A DNA stretch of 64,000 nt from an uncultured bacterium (GTDB lineage Bacteria > Oederibacteriota > JAAXVQ01), in assembly GCA_964593065.1 (NCBI GenBank), contig CAZQGO010000009.1:20702-84701 (forward strand), written 5' to 3'. This document shows, piece after piece, positions 18,541 to 27,652 of this stretch. The translations under genes and the position numbers were made by a program. The notes beneath the pieces were generated by a model. The model did no database searches. It was not told the origin of the DNA and saw only the letters and a program-made list of their open reading frames with translations. Within the stretch, counting starts at the first letter, position 1; the number at the start of each line of letters is the position of its first letter.

Positions 18541-18978
18541 ATGTTCATGGGGACCTTTGAACATACGCTGGATGAAAAGGGGAGACTGTCCATCCCCTCC
18601 CGGTTTCGTGAAATCCTCGTTGAAAAACAAGTCAGCGAGCGCTTGATTGTCACCCACGGTCTGGACGCCTGCCTGTTTGCCTACCCGCTGGATGAATGGA
18701 AAAAATTCGAGGAAAAAATCATTTCCCGGCCGCTGAACAAAACGGATGACCGTTATTTTGTGCGCCGTTTGCTGGCCGGGGCCGTGGACTGTCCGCTGGA
18801 TAAGCAGGGCCGGATCGGCCTGCCCGCAAGCCTGCGGCAGTATGCCGGGCTCAACCGGGAGGCCGTGCTGGTAGGGGTCTCCAACCGCATCGAAATCTGG
18901 TCGCCCGAGCATTGGCGGGAATATCTGGAAAAGGGAAAAACGCTCGAGGAAATTGCCGAGCAGATGCAGGAAATCTAG
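18541..18978 (+). CDS. mraZ: Division/cell wall cluster transcriptional repressor MraZ
   Basis: MFMGTFEHTLDEKGRLSIP and second DKQGRI motif; canonical start at 18541. Confidence 0.96.
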   Translation: MFMGTFEHTLDEKGRLSIPSRFREILVEKQVSERLIVTHGLDACLFAYPLDEWKKFEEKIISRPLNKTDDRYFVRRLLAGAVDCPLDKQGRIGLPASLRQYAGLNREAVLVGVSNRIEIWSPEHWREYLEKGKTLEEIAEQMQEI

Positions 18979-19037
18979 GGGCGAGAGCGACCGCACCGAG
19001 TCCCGTCACTTGACCAGAAAGGAGGTGAAAGGGTAAC

Positions 19038-19391
19038 GTGCCACTCAAAGCGATGCACAGGGAAGGCGTGGCGGTAATCACTTTAACGGGAGATATCGAC
19101 ATGGAGGACGTGGTGAGCATCAAGAATCTCGTCACCACGACCGTGGCGGATGGCTGCTACTCGATCGTCCTGGATTTTTCGCGCGTACAACATATCAATG
19201 CCACCGGGATCGGCATCTTGGCGGATCGCCTGCGCTTTGTCCGCACCTTTCACGGGGACATCCGCCTGGCGGGTTTGAGTCCGTATTTGCATAACGTGTT
19301 CGAACTGACCGGGGTCAGGAACGTCTTCAGGATTTTTGGAAACGCGGACCAGGCCGTGAGGAGTTTCGTACCGGCCGTGATTGCAGCCTGA
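19038..19391 (+). CDS. STAS domain / anti-sigma factor antagonist-like protein
   Basis: VITLTGDID..IVLDFSRVQHINATGIGIL..GDIRLAGL..VFELTG; RBS AGGAGG; stop overlaps the rsmH ATG. Confidence 0.88.
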   Translation: MPLKAMHREGVAVITLTGDIDMEDVVSIKNLVTTTVADGCYSIVLDFSRVQHINATGIGILADRLRFVRTFHGDIRLAGLSPYLHNVFELTGVRNVFRIFGNADQAVRSFVPAVIAA

Positions 19392-20257
19392 TGACGGCGC
19401 ACGTCCCCGTCCTGCTCGCGGAGGCGCTGCGCTGGCTGCACCCGGCGCCGGAAGGATGGTGGGCGGACGGCACGGTCGGGGCCGGCGGCCATACGCAGGC
19501 CCTGCTGGAGGCGACGGCGCCGCAGGGCCGGGTTTTGGGCCTGGACCGTGACGGGGAAACGCTGGCGCTGGCCCGGCAGCGGCTGGCGGGCTACGGGGAC
19601 CGGATCCGGCTGGTCAAGGCCAATTTCGCGGATTTGGCCGAAGTGGTGAAGAGCCTGCAGTTGCCGGCGTTCGCGGGCGTGCTGCTGGACCTGGGCGTCT
19701 CCTCGCTGCAACTGGAAGGGGCGGAACGCGGTTTTTCGTTTCAGCACGACGGCCCGCTGGACATGCGTTTGGACCGGGAGCAGCGCCTCACCGCCGCCGA
19801 GCTCGTGAATCACGCCTCCGAGGAGGAATTGGCGGACGTGTTATTTCACTATGGCGAGGAACGCCGCTCCCGGCGCCTGGCACGGTGGATCGTGCGCCGG
19901 CGGCCCCTGACCACCACCGGGCAACTGGCCGATGTGGCGCGGCGGGCGGTGGGGCGCGCCGGCAGGATTCATCCGGCGACGCGGGCTTTTCAGGCCCTGC
20001 GCATCGCCGTCAACGACGAGTTGGGCAGCTTGGACAGGGGCTTGGCCGCGGCGCGCGGAATATTGGCGGAGGGCGGAAGACTCGTGGTCATCAGCTTCCA
20101 TTCGCTGGAGGACCGGATCGTCAAGCGGTTTTTTCGCGCCGGCGGCTGGGAAATCCTGACGCGCCATGTGGTGAGGCCCGGGCCCGAGGAAATGCGCGCC
20201 AATCCGCGCGCGCGCAGCGCCCGGCTGCGGGCCGCCGCCCGCGCCGCGGGCGCGTAA
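19391..20257 (+). CDS. rsmH: 16S rRNA m4C1402 methyltransferase
   Basis: HVPVLL, DGTVGAGGH, DLGVSS, ISFHSLED, NPRARSARLR. Confidence 0.97.
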   Translation: MTAHVPVLLAEALRWLHPAPEGWWADGTVGAGGHTQALLEATAPQGRVLGLDRDGETLALARQRLAGYGDRIRLVKANFADLAEVVKSLQLPAFAGVLLDLGVSSLQLEGAERGFSFQHDGPLDMRLDREQRLTAAELVNHASEEELADVLFHYGEERRSRRLARWIVRRRPLTTTGQLADVARRAVGRAGRIHPATRAFQALRIAVNDELGSLDRGLAAARGILAEGGRLVVISFHSLEDRIVKRFFRAGGWEILTRHVVRPGPEEMRANPRARSARLRAAARAAGA

Positions 20258-20260
20258 TCC

Positions 20261-20728
20261 GTGGCCTCGCCCCGCCGGCGCCCGGAGCGGGATTCCGAAC
20301 GCGTGACCATTTATTTCATGCAGGGGTCGCGCGTCGACCGGAAAATATCCGTGCGCCGGGTATGGATCGTGCTGGGCCTGCTCGCACTGGTCTTCGGCGT
20401 GGTGTTTCTCCGCGTCTGGCAGGAAATGCAGATCGTGCAGCTGGGCTACCGGGTCAACCAGCTGAACGAGGAACGCCAGCGCCTGTTGAACCGGCAACGG
20501 ATTCTCTTGAGCCGCCGGAACGCCCTGGCCAGCCTGGAAAGGGTGGAGGCCATCGCCGGGCAAAAGCTCGGCATGCGCGTTCCGGAGCGGGAACAGGTCG
20601 TTTTTTTGGTGGACCCGTCGCCTCGGCGATCGGGCCTGGCGGGGTGGCTGGCCAGCGGGGGGACGCTGGCGCGCTGGGTCGAGGCCGTAACCAGAGGGTG
20701 GCGCGCCCACCATCAGGGCAGCATCTGA
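20261..20728 (+). CDS. ftsL: Cell division protein FtsL
   Basis: Single TM then coiled coil ending LERVEAIAGQKLGM; position between rsmH and ftsI. Confidence 0.85.
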   Translation: MASPRRRPERDSERVTIYFMQGSRVDRKISVRRVWIVLGLLALVFGVVFLRVWQEMQIVQLGYRVNQLNEERQRLLNRQRILLSRRNALASLERVEAIAGQKLGMRVPEREQVVFLVDPSPRRSGLAGWLASGGTLARWVEAVTRGWRAHHQGSI

Positions 20729-20739
20729 GGAGGCCGGTC

Positions 20740-22872
20740 TTGGGGGGCAAGGCCATTGACAACCGCATCATGACCGTCACGGTCGGGTTCGGCCTCATCC
20801 TGGCCGCGCTTACGGCGCGGCTGTTTTATTTGCAAATCGTTGAACACCGTCATCTCGTGCAGCTGGCCCAGCGGCAGCAGGAACGCTCGCTGGAAATCCA
20901 GCCCGCCCGCGGGAAGATTTTCGACCGTCAGGGGCGCCTGCTGGCCTTCAACCGGGAATGCGCCTCGTTTTTCGCCGTTCCCGAAGAGATCCGGGACCCC
21001 GCCGCCACGGCCCGGAAGCTGGAATCGCTGACCGGCGTCTCCTCTGCCACCTTGTTGCGCCACTTCCGGAGCCGAAAGAATTTTGTCTGGATCCGGCGGA
21101 AAGTTCCGGATGCTGCGGCCGCGGCCATCACCCGCTTGAACCTTCCGGGCGTCTACTCGCTGCCGGAAACCCAGCGCGTGTACCCGGAAGGGCGGCTGGC
21201 CTGTCACGTCCTGGGGTTTGTCGGCGTGGACAACCAGGGTTTGGCGGGGGTGGAGGTCCAGTTCGACCGGTCCATCCGGGGACAAAAAGGCTGGATGCGG
21301 CTGTCGCGGGACGCCCACGGGCGGGTCGTGCCCACCAGTAACCGCATCCTCCAGCGGCCGGAGCCGGGGCAGGATTTGGTTCTGACCTTGGACAAAGTCG
21401 TGCAACACGTGGCGGAGCGTGAATTGGCGCGCACCGTGGAACATTACCGCGCCCGCTCGGGTTCCGTGGTGGTCCTGGACCCGGGCACAGGGGAAATCCT
21501 GGCGCTGGCCAACTCGCCCGACTACGATCCCAACCGGTTCGGCGCCTATCCCGCGGCCAGCCGCCGCGACCGTGCGGTCCGGGACGTTTTTGAACCCGGT
21601 TCCACCTTCAAGCTGGTGGTGGCCGGCGCAGCCCTGGAGGAAGGCGTCTTTTCCGAAAACGACATCGTGGACTGCGAACAGGGCCTGGCGCGTTTCCACG
21701 GCCGCGTCGTCAGGGATCATGAGCCGCACGGCCGCATCACCTTCCAGGAAGTCGTCGAGTATTCGAGCAACATCGGGGCGGTGAAGATCGGGCTGAAGCT
21801 GGGCGCGGAGAGATTGGCGCACTATGCCCGCAGCATGGGCTTCGGCCGGAGGACCGGCATCGAGCTTCCGGGAGAAGCCGAAGGCTTGATGCGGATACGG
21901 GGAAATTCCGCGGCCTTGACCTCCGTGCCCTTCGGGCAGGGCGTGGCCGTCAGTGCGATCCAGCTTGCCATGGCCTACGCCATGGTGGCCAACGACGGCT
22001 GGCTGCTCAAGCCGACGGTGGTGAAGGAACTGCGCGGCCCGGCCGGGGTCACAAGCAACGCGGGCGGGCGCGGCGTGCGCGAGCAGGTGCTGTCGGCGAA
22101 ATCCGCCCGGCGCTTGCGCGAGATTTTGACGCGCGCGGTCGAAATCGGCACGGGCGTTGAGGCCCGCGTTGCGAATTACCGGGTGGCAGGCAAAACCGGC
22201 ACGGCGCAAAAGCCGCTGCAGGGCGGGCGCGGATACGACCCGGTCCATCACGTGGCTTCCTTCGTGGGTTTTCTGCCCGCGGACCGGCCGCGCCTTCTCA
22301 TCGCGGTGGTCATCGATTCGCCGCACGGACCGCAGTGGGGCGGAGTGGTCGCCGGGCCGGTGTTCAAGGCCGTGACGCAGAACCTGGTCGCCTACCTGGG
22401 CATCCCGCCCGCGGCCGAAAAAGTCTTCCGGCTGGCCCGGGAGGACAAGCCGCAGGCTCCGTCGGTGGCTGATCTGAAGCGCGTCCCGGACTTCAGGGGC
22501 CGGGAGCCGGGCGCCGCCAAGGCCGAGCTGCGGCGACTGGGGTTGAATCCCGCCTGCCTGGGGCAGGGTTCGCGCGTGCTGGGCCAGCTGCCGGAAGCCG
22601 GCGCCTTGGTTCGCGGCCGGGCGCCCGTGGTGCTGTATCTGTCCCAGGCAGAGGGGGACGATGCGCGCGGCCTGCAGCCCCCGAAGGTCGTGGTGCCCAA
22701 TCTCTCGGGGCAGAGTCTGCGTGATGCCCTGCAGGTGTTGTCCACCTACGGTCTGCAGGCCAGAATCATCGGCAGCGGCGTGGTTCAATCCCAGACCCCC
22801 CAAGCCGAGTCGTGGCTCCGGGTGGATGCGGTTTGCACCCTGCATTGTCAGGACCCCGAGGTCGTGCCGTGA
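20740..22872 (+). CDS. ftsI: Penicillin-binding protein 3 (transpeptidase) with two C-terminal PASTA-like domains
   Basis: RGKIFDR, GSTFK (SxxK), SSN, KTGT; VPDFRG and VVPNLSG repeats. Start reassigned to TTG 20740 after a GGAGG RBS. Confidence 0.94.
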   Translation: MGGKAIDNRIMTVTVGFGLILAALTARLFYLQIVEHRHLVQLAQRQQERSLEIQPARGKIFDRQGRLLAFNRECASFFAVPEEIRDPAATARKLESLTGVSSATLLRHFRSRKNFVWIRRKVPDAAAAAITRLNLPGVYSLPETQRVYPEGRLACHVLGFVGVDNQGLAGVEVQFDRSIRGQKGWMRLSRDAHGRVVPTSNRILQRPEPGQDLVLTLDKVVQHVAERELARTVEHYRARSGSVVVLDPGTGEILALANSPDYDPNRFGAYPAASRRDRAVRDVFEPGSTFKLVVAGAALEEGVFSENDIVDCEQGLARFHGRVVRDHEPHGRITFQEVVEYSSNIGAVKIGLKLGAERLAHYARSMGFGRRTGIELPGEAEGLMRIRGNSAALTSVPFGQGVAVSAIQLAMAYAMVANDGWLLKPTVVKELRGPAGVTSNAGGRGVREQVLSAKSARRLREILTRAVEIGTGVEARVANYRVAGKTGTAQKPLQGGRGYDPVHHVASFVGFLPADRPRLLIAVVIDSPHGPQWGGVVAGPVFKAVTQNLVAYLGIPPAAEKVFRLAREDKPQAPSVADLKRVPDFRGREPGAAKAELRRLGLNPACLGQGSRVLGQLPEAGALVRGRAPVVLYLSQAEGDDARGLQPPKVVVPNLSGQSLRDALQVLSTYGLQARIIGSGVVQSQTPQAESWLRVDAVCTLHCQDPEVVP

Positions 22873-24437
22873 TCCGCGTGCCGCTGGGACTCGTGGCCCA
22901 GGCCCTGCCGGGCGCCAAACTCCGGGGCCGGGCGGGTCAGCTGGTGTGGCGGCTGAACGCCGATTCCCGCCGCGCGCGCCCGGGGGACTTGTTCGCGTGC
23001 ATTGCCGGCAAAAGAGTGGACGGGCACCTGTTCGCGGCCGAAGCCGTGCGCCGCGGCGCCACGGCCGTTTTGCTGTCCCGGGAAATTCCGGGACTGGACC
23101 TGCGGCGCATCGGGGTGATCCAAACCGAACAGGTGGCGCGGGCCTTGGGCGCCATGGCCGCGTCCTTCTACAATCATCCCTCCCTGGGCCTGCGTTTGCT
23201 CGGCGTGACCGGAACCAGCGGCAAGACCACCGTCACCTACATGCTGCGCTCCATCCTCCAGGCCAGCCCGGCCGCACTGGGTTTGCGGCGCGTGGGCCTG
23301 CTGGGGACCATCCGCTACGAGCTGCCCGGCCAGCGGCCCCAGGCCGCACCCAACACCACTCCCATGGCCTGGGACCTGCAGGATTGGCTGGCGCGCATGG
23401 CGGCCGGACGTTGCGGGGCGGCAGTCATGGAAGTCTCGTCCCATGCGCTGTCCGAGGAGCGGATCACGGGCTGTGAATTCGACGTGGGCGTGTTCACCAA
23501 TTTAAGCCCCGAGCATTTGGACTACCACGTCAGCTTGGAAGAATACGCGGCGGCCAAGGCCAGGCTGTTTGCCCAATTGGCGGCGCCGGGCTTGAAAGCG
23601 GGGGTGAAATACGCGGTGATCAACCGGGATGATCCGCGCAGCCGGGTCATGACCTTAGCCGCCCGCGCCGCGAAAATCGTCACCTACGGCCTGGACGGTT
23701 CCGCAGACGTGACCGCAACCGGGCTGAAATTGTCTCCGCGCCACAGCACCTTCCGGCTCCGGACGCCGGCCGGCGAAACGCCGGTGCGCGTACTGCTTCC
23801 CGGGCGGACCAACGTGCTCAACGCCCTGGCGGCGGCCGCCGCGGCCGGATGCCTGGGCGTCCCGCTGCGTGCGATCCGGACCGGCTTGGCGCGTTTGGCG
23901 GGAGTTCCGGGACGCATGGAGATCGTGCCGGGTTCGCAACCCTTCACGGTCATGGTGGATTACGCGCACAAACCGGACGCCCTGGAAAAACTTCTGCAGG
24001 CCGTCCGGGAGGCGACGCCGGCCCGGGTCATTCTGGTGTTCGGCTGCGGAGGGGATCGCGACGCCGGGAAGCGGGGGCCCATGGGCGAAATCTCGGCCCG
24101 CTTGGCGGACCGCGTGGTGGTGACGACGGACAACCCGCGCAGCGAGGATCCCGGGCGCATTGCGGCGGAGATCCTCGCGGGCATACGCCGCTCCCACCCG
24201 GAGTCTCTCTCCGACCCCGGCGGGCGTATCCGCGTGGAGCCGGACCGGGTCCGGGCCATTCGCCTGGGCCTGCGCTCGGCGCGGCGGGGGGACACCGTGG
24301 TGATCGCCGGCAAAGGCCACGAAAACTACCAGATCTTCAAGGACCGGACGGTTCGCTTCAGCGACCGGGCCGTGGCCCTGCGGGAACTTGCCCGCTTGGG
24401 TTTCGGCCGGACGGCCGCCCGTCGCGGCAGGAGCTGA
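22869..24437 (+). CDS. murE: UDP-MurNAc-tripeptide synthetase (meso-DAP-adding)
   Basis: GVTGTSGKTT, MEVSSH, DYAHKPD, DNPR (DAP motif), GKGHE; GTG start overlaps the ftsI stop. Confidence 0.96.
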   Translation: MIRVPLGLVAQALPGAKLRGRAGQLVWRLNADSRRARPGDLFACIAGKRVDGHLFAAEAVRRGATAVLLSREIPGLDLRRIGVIQTEQVARALGAMAASFYNHPSLGLRLLGVTGTSGKTTVTYMLRSILQASPAALGLRRVGLLGTIRYELPGQRPQAAPNTTPMAWDLQDWLARMAAGRCGAAVMEVSSHALSEERITGCEFDVGVFTNLSPEHLDYHVSLEEYAAAKARLFAQLAAPGLKAGVKYAVINRDDPRSRVMTLAARAAKIVTYGLDGSADVTATGLKLSPRHSTFRLRTPAGETPVRVLLPGRTNVLNALAAAAAAGCLGVPLRAIRTGLARLAGVPGRMEIVPGSQPFTVMVDYAHKPDALEKLLQAVREATPARVILVFGCGGDRDAGKRGPMGEISARLADRVVVTTDNPRSEDPGRIAAEILAGIRRSHPESLSDPGGRIRVEPDRVRAIRLGLRSARRGDTVVIAGKGHENYQIFKDRTVRFSDRAVALRELARLGFGRTAARRGRS

Positions 24438-24441
24438 GCGC

Positions 24442-25905
24442 ATGCCTTCCAGGAGCCGGCGCGGAAAAAACGCAGGCGACCGGAAACGGCCCGCGGACTC
24501 GGGCTTGCCGGGCGTGACGCTGGGCTGGGCCGCCGCGGCCTGCGGCGGGCGGTTGCAGGGCGCGGGCGCCGCGGACCCAATCGCGGGCATCTGCCTCGAT
24601 TCCCGGGGAGTGAAACCCGGTGAGATTTTCGTCGCCCTTGCGGGCCGCAGGACGGACGGGCACCGCTTCATGCCCGCGGCGCTGGCGAAAGGCGCGGCCG
24701 CCGTGCTGTGCCGGCGTCCTCCGTCTGCCTCCGCGCCGGCCATTGTCGTGCCGGACCCGCGCCGGGCCTTGGGACGCATCGCCGCGGCCTACCGTCGGCG
24801 TTTTCCGCGCGTGAAGATAGTCGCCGTGTCCGGCAGCACGGGCAAGACCGCGGCCAAGGAAATGGTGGCCCGCGTGCTTGCCAGCCGCCACCGGGTGCTG
24901 CAAAGCCAGGGCAACCTGAACAACGACCTGGGTTTGCCCCTGACCCTGTTGCGGTTGCGCCGCCACCACACGGCCGCGGCCGTGGAATTGGGCATGAGCG
25001 CCCCCGGCGAGATTCGCCAGCTTGCGAAAATGGCCAAGCCACACATCGGACTCCTGACCAACATCGGCGACGCTCATCTTGGCCATTTTCGCAACCGCCG
25101 CAGCGTGGCGCGGGCCAAGGCGGAACTGCTTGAGGAACTGATGCCCGGCGGAACGGCGGTTCTCAATGCGGACGATCCCGAACTGGCCCGCCTGGCCGCG
25201 CGGCGGCGGCTGACGTTCGGCATGGCCAAGGGCGCGGACGTGCAAGTCGTGAGCACGGGGGTGCATTACGCGGGGACGCACGTGGTGTTGAGCCATCGCC
25301 GGCGCCGCGCCGAAATCCGGCTGCGCGCCCTCGGGGCGCACCAGGCCTGGAACGCGGCCGCGGCCGTCGCCGCCGGCCTGGCGGCGGGCGTGCCGTTTCC
25401 CACGGGCTGCCGGGCCTTGGCGGGTTTCAGGCCGGAAACGGCCATGCGCCTGCAGCTGCTGCGGCTCGGACCGCATCGCATCCTGAACGACGCCTACAAC
25501 AGCAATCCGCAATCCGCGGCGGCGGCTTTGGGCCTGCTGGCGGAACTGCCCGCGCGGGGGCGGAAAATCTTCGTGGCCGGAAGCATGCTGGAGCTGGGGG
25601 CCGCCACGCAGGCTAGCCACGCCAACCTGGGACGCGAAGCGGCCATCAGCGGCGTGTACGCCTTGCTGGCGGTCGGGCGCGAGGCCCGTGCGGCGGCGAA
25701 GAGCGCCGCCGCGGCGGGGGTGGAAAAAATCGCCACCCTGCCCACGGCGGAGGGCGCGGCCCGGGTTCTGGCCCGCTGGCTGTCCGCGGACGGCGACTTG
25801 ATCCTGATCAAGGGCTCGAGGCGATTGCAGTTGGAAACCATCGTGCAGGATTTGCAGTGCCGGTGGCGGCGTTCGCGAGGCCGCCGTGCGGCCGGCGCGG
25901 CGTAA
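24442..25905 (+). CDS. murF: UDP-MurNAc-tripeptide--D-Ala-D-Ala ligase
   Basis: GSTGKT, GNLNNDLGLP, ELGMS, NDAYNSNP, MLELG, KGSR; exact start uncertain. Confidence 0.94.
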   Translation: MPSRSRRGKNAGDRKRPADSGLPGVTLGWAAAACGGRLQGAGAADPIAGICLDSRGVKPGEIFVALAGRRTDGHRFMPAALAKGAAAVLCRRPPSASAPAIVVPDPRRALGRIAAAYRRRFPRVKIVAVSGSTGKTAAKEMVARVLASRHRVLQSQGNLNNDLGLPLTLLRLRRHHTAAAVELGMSAPGEIRQLAKMAKPHIGLLTNIGDAHLGHFRNRRSVARAKAELLEELMPGGTAVLNADDPELARLAARRRLTFGMAKGADVQVVSTGVHYAGTHVVLSHRRRRAEIRLRALGAHQAWNAAAAVAAGLAAGVPFPTGCRALAGFRPETAMRLQLLRLGPHRILNDAYNSNPQSAAAALGLLAELPARGRKIFVAGSMLELGAATQASHANLGREAAISGVYALLAVGREARAAAKSAAAAGVEKIATLPTAEGAARVLARWLSADGDLILIKGSRRLQLETIVQDLQCRWRRSRGRRAAGAA

Positions 25906-26079
25906 GGCAATAACGGGCGGATTCTCCGCCCGGCAGGGAACATACGGTTTCCGGCGGGTGCCCCCCACCACGACTCGGTTCGCTCCCCACGAATCCGAGA
26001 TACCCGCCGGATAAGCTGGGCGGGGCGGGCTTGGCGGCCCGCCCCGGCCCGAAACCTTCGCAAGGCAGGAGGCGACTAC

Positions 26080-27165
26080 TTGCTGTACTACTGGCTGTAT
26101 CCTCTGGCGGACGTGATCAAGGTCTTCAATGTCTTCCGCTACATCACGTTCCGTTCGGTGTACGCGGCCTTGACCGCCTTCCTGCTGTGCCTGCTGCTGG
26201 GGCCCGCGATCATCCGGGCGCTCAAGCGCAGCGGCGTCGGCCAGAATATCCGGGAGGACGGTCCCGGGGGGCATCTGAAAAAGGCCGGCACTCCGACCAT
26301 GGGCGGCCTGATCATCCTGCCGGCCGTCCTGATCAGCCTGATCCTGTGGGCGCGCTGGGAGCAGTCGGCGGTGTGGATCGCGACGTTCTCCTTGGTCTGG
26401 TTCGGGATCGTGGGCCTTTTAGACGACCTGCTGAAGCTGAAATGGAAGCGTTCGCAGGGGCTGATCGCGGGCAGCAAACTGTTTTTACAGCTGTGCGGCG
26501 CCGCCGCCATCCTGTGGTTCGTGTTGCGCAGCAACCAGGGCTGGAACCTGGCGAGTTCCACCAACATTCCCTTCTTCAAGCACGCCGTCTACCTGCCCCT
26601 GGGGTTGTACGTGCTGTTCGGCATGACCGTGATCGTGGGCGCCAGCAACGGCGTGAATTTGACCGACGGCCTCGACGGCCTGGCGATCGGGTCGCTGGCG
26701 CTGGTGGGCGGAACCTTCGCCATCATGAGCTATCTGGTGGCCAACGTGAAATTCGCCAATTACCTGAAAATCATCTATGTGGCCGGCGGCTCGGAACTGA
26801 CCGTGGTCTGCAGTGCCATGGTGGGCGCCGCCTTGGGGTTCCTGTGGTTCAATTCCCACCCGGCGGAGATCTTTATGGGCGATACCGGCTCCCTGTCCTT
26901 GGGGGCCCTGCTCGGCACCGTCGCCGTGCTGACCAAGCAGGAGATCCTGTTGTTCGTCGTGGGCGGAATTTTCGTGGCCGAGGTGGTTTCCGTCATTCTG
27001 CAGGTCGGAAGTTACAAGCTGACGGGCAAGCGCATTTTCCTGATGGCGCCCCTGCATCATCACTTCGAGCTGAAAGGGTGGTCGGAGCCCAAGATCATCC
27101 TCCGCTTCTGGATCGTCGCCATCATGCTGGCGGTGATCACGTTGAGCACGTTGAAACTGCGCTAG
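26080..27165 (+). CDS. mraY: Phospho-N-acetylmuramoyl-pentapeptide transferase
   Basis: KAGTPTMGG, NLTDGLDGL, FMGDTGS, MAPLHHHFE. Confidence 0.98.
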   Translation: MLYYWLYPLADVIKVFNVFRYITFRSVYAALTAFLLCLLLGPAIIRALKRSGVGQNIREDGPGGHLKKAGTPTMGGLIILPAVLISLILWARWEQSAVWIATFSLVWFGIVGLLDDLLKLKWKRSQGLIAGSKLFLQLCGAAAILWFVLRSNQGWNLASSTNIPFFKHAVYLPLGLYVLFGMTVIVGASNGVNLTDGLDGLAIGSLALVGGTFAIMSYLVANVKFANYLKIIYVAGGSELTVVCSAMVGAALGFLWFNSHPAEIFMGDTGSLSLGALLGTVAVLTKQEILLFVVGGIFVAEVVSVILQVGSYKLTGKRIFLMAPLHHHFELKGWSEPKIILRFWIVAIMLAVITLSTLKLR

Positions 27166-27215
27166 CGCGCGGCGAGCCGGGCCGGCGGCCCGCCTCGGCC
27201 GGAGAGGAGCAGGAC

Positions 27216-27635
27216 ATGAAGAAACTTGCCGTGATCGGAACGCGGCCGGAACGCCGGGCCAAACCGCGGGCCCGGGTCAGCCTGCAGGCGGAGTACCGCG
27301 TGCTGACCCTGCGGGACTTGGCGCGGGGCCGGAAACGCCTGGCGCGGCTGTCCGCGCGGGTGAAGAACCTGGGAGCCGGCGGCGTGCTGCTGCGGGTCCA
27401 CCGGCGCTTGGCCCGCCGGTCCGTGCTGTCCCTGGCCCTGGCCCTGCCGGAGCGGCAGGCGCCGGTCCGGAGCCTGGCCGAGGTCAAACACGTGCGGGAG
27501 GTCCTGGCCCGGGCTCATTACCCCTATGCCGTGGGCCTGGAGTTTTTGGCCATTTCACCGGGGGACACTGCGGCCGTGCGCCGTTTCGTGTCCCGGCGGG
27601 CAGGCGAAACGCCCGGGAACTCCGGGAAGCGCTGA
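27216..27635 (+). CDS. Stand-alone PilZ-domain protein (139 aa)
   Basis: Own RBS (GGAGAGGAG) and ATG 27216; ERRAKPR (RxxxR), NLGAGG (D/NxSxxG-like) and C-terminal VGLEF; it is the 3' part of track ORF 26031..27635. Confidence 0.82.
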   Translation: MKKLAVIGTRPERRAKPRARVSLQAEYRVLTLRDLARGRKRLARLSARVKNLGAGGVLLRVHRRLARRSVLSLALALPERQAPVRSLAEVKHVREVLARAHYPYAVGLEFLAISPGDTAAVRRFVSRRAGETPGNSGKR

Positions 27636-27652
27636 AAGGAAAGCAGGCTGCC

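Noticed and set aside
19885-20739. Apparent 285-aa N-terminal extension of FtsI
   Set aside because: Overlaps rsmH and ftsL in another frame; RBS and TTG at 20740 give a normal FtsI.
26031-27215. 534-aa ORF overlapping mraY
   Set aside because: Only the 3' part from ATG 27216 (PilZ) is credible; the rest is an alternate frame of mraY.
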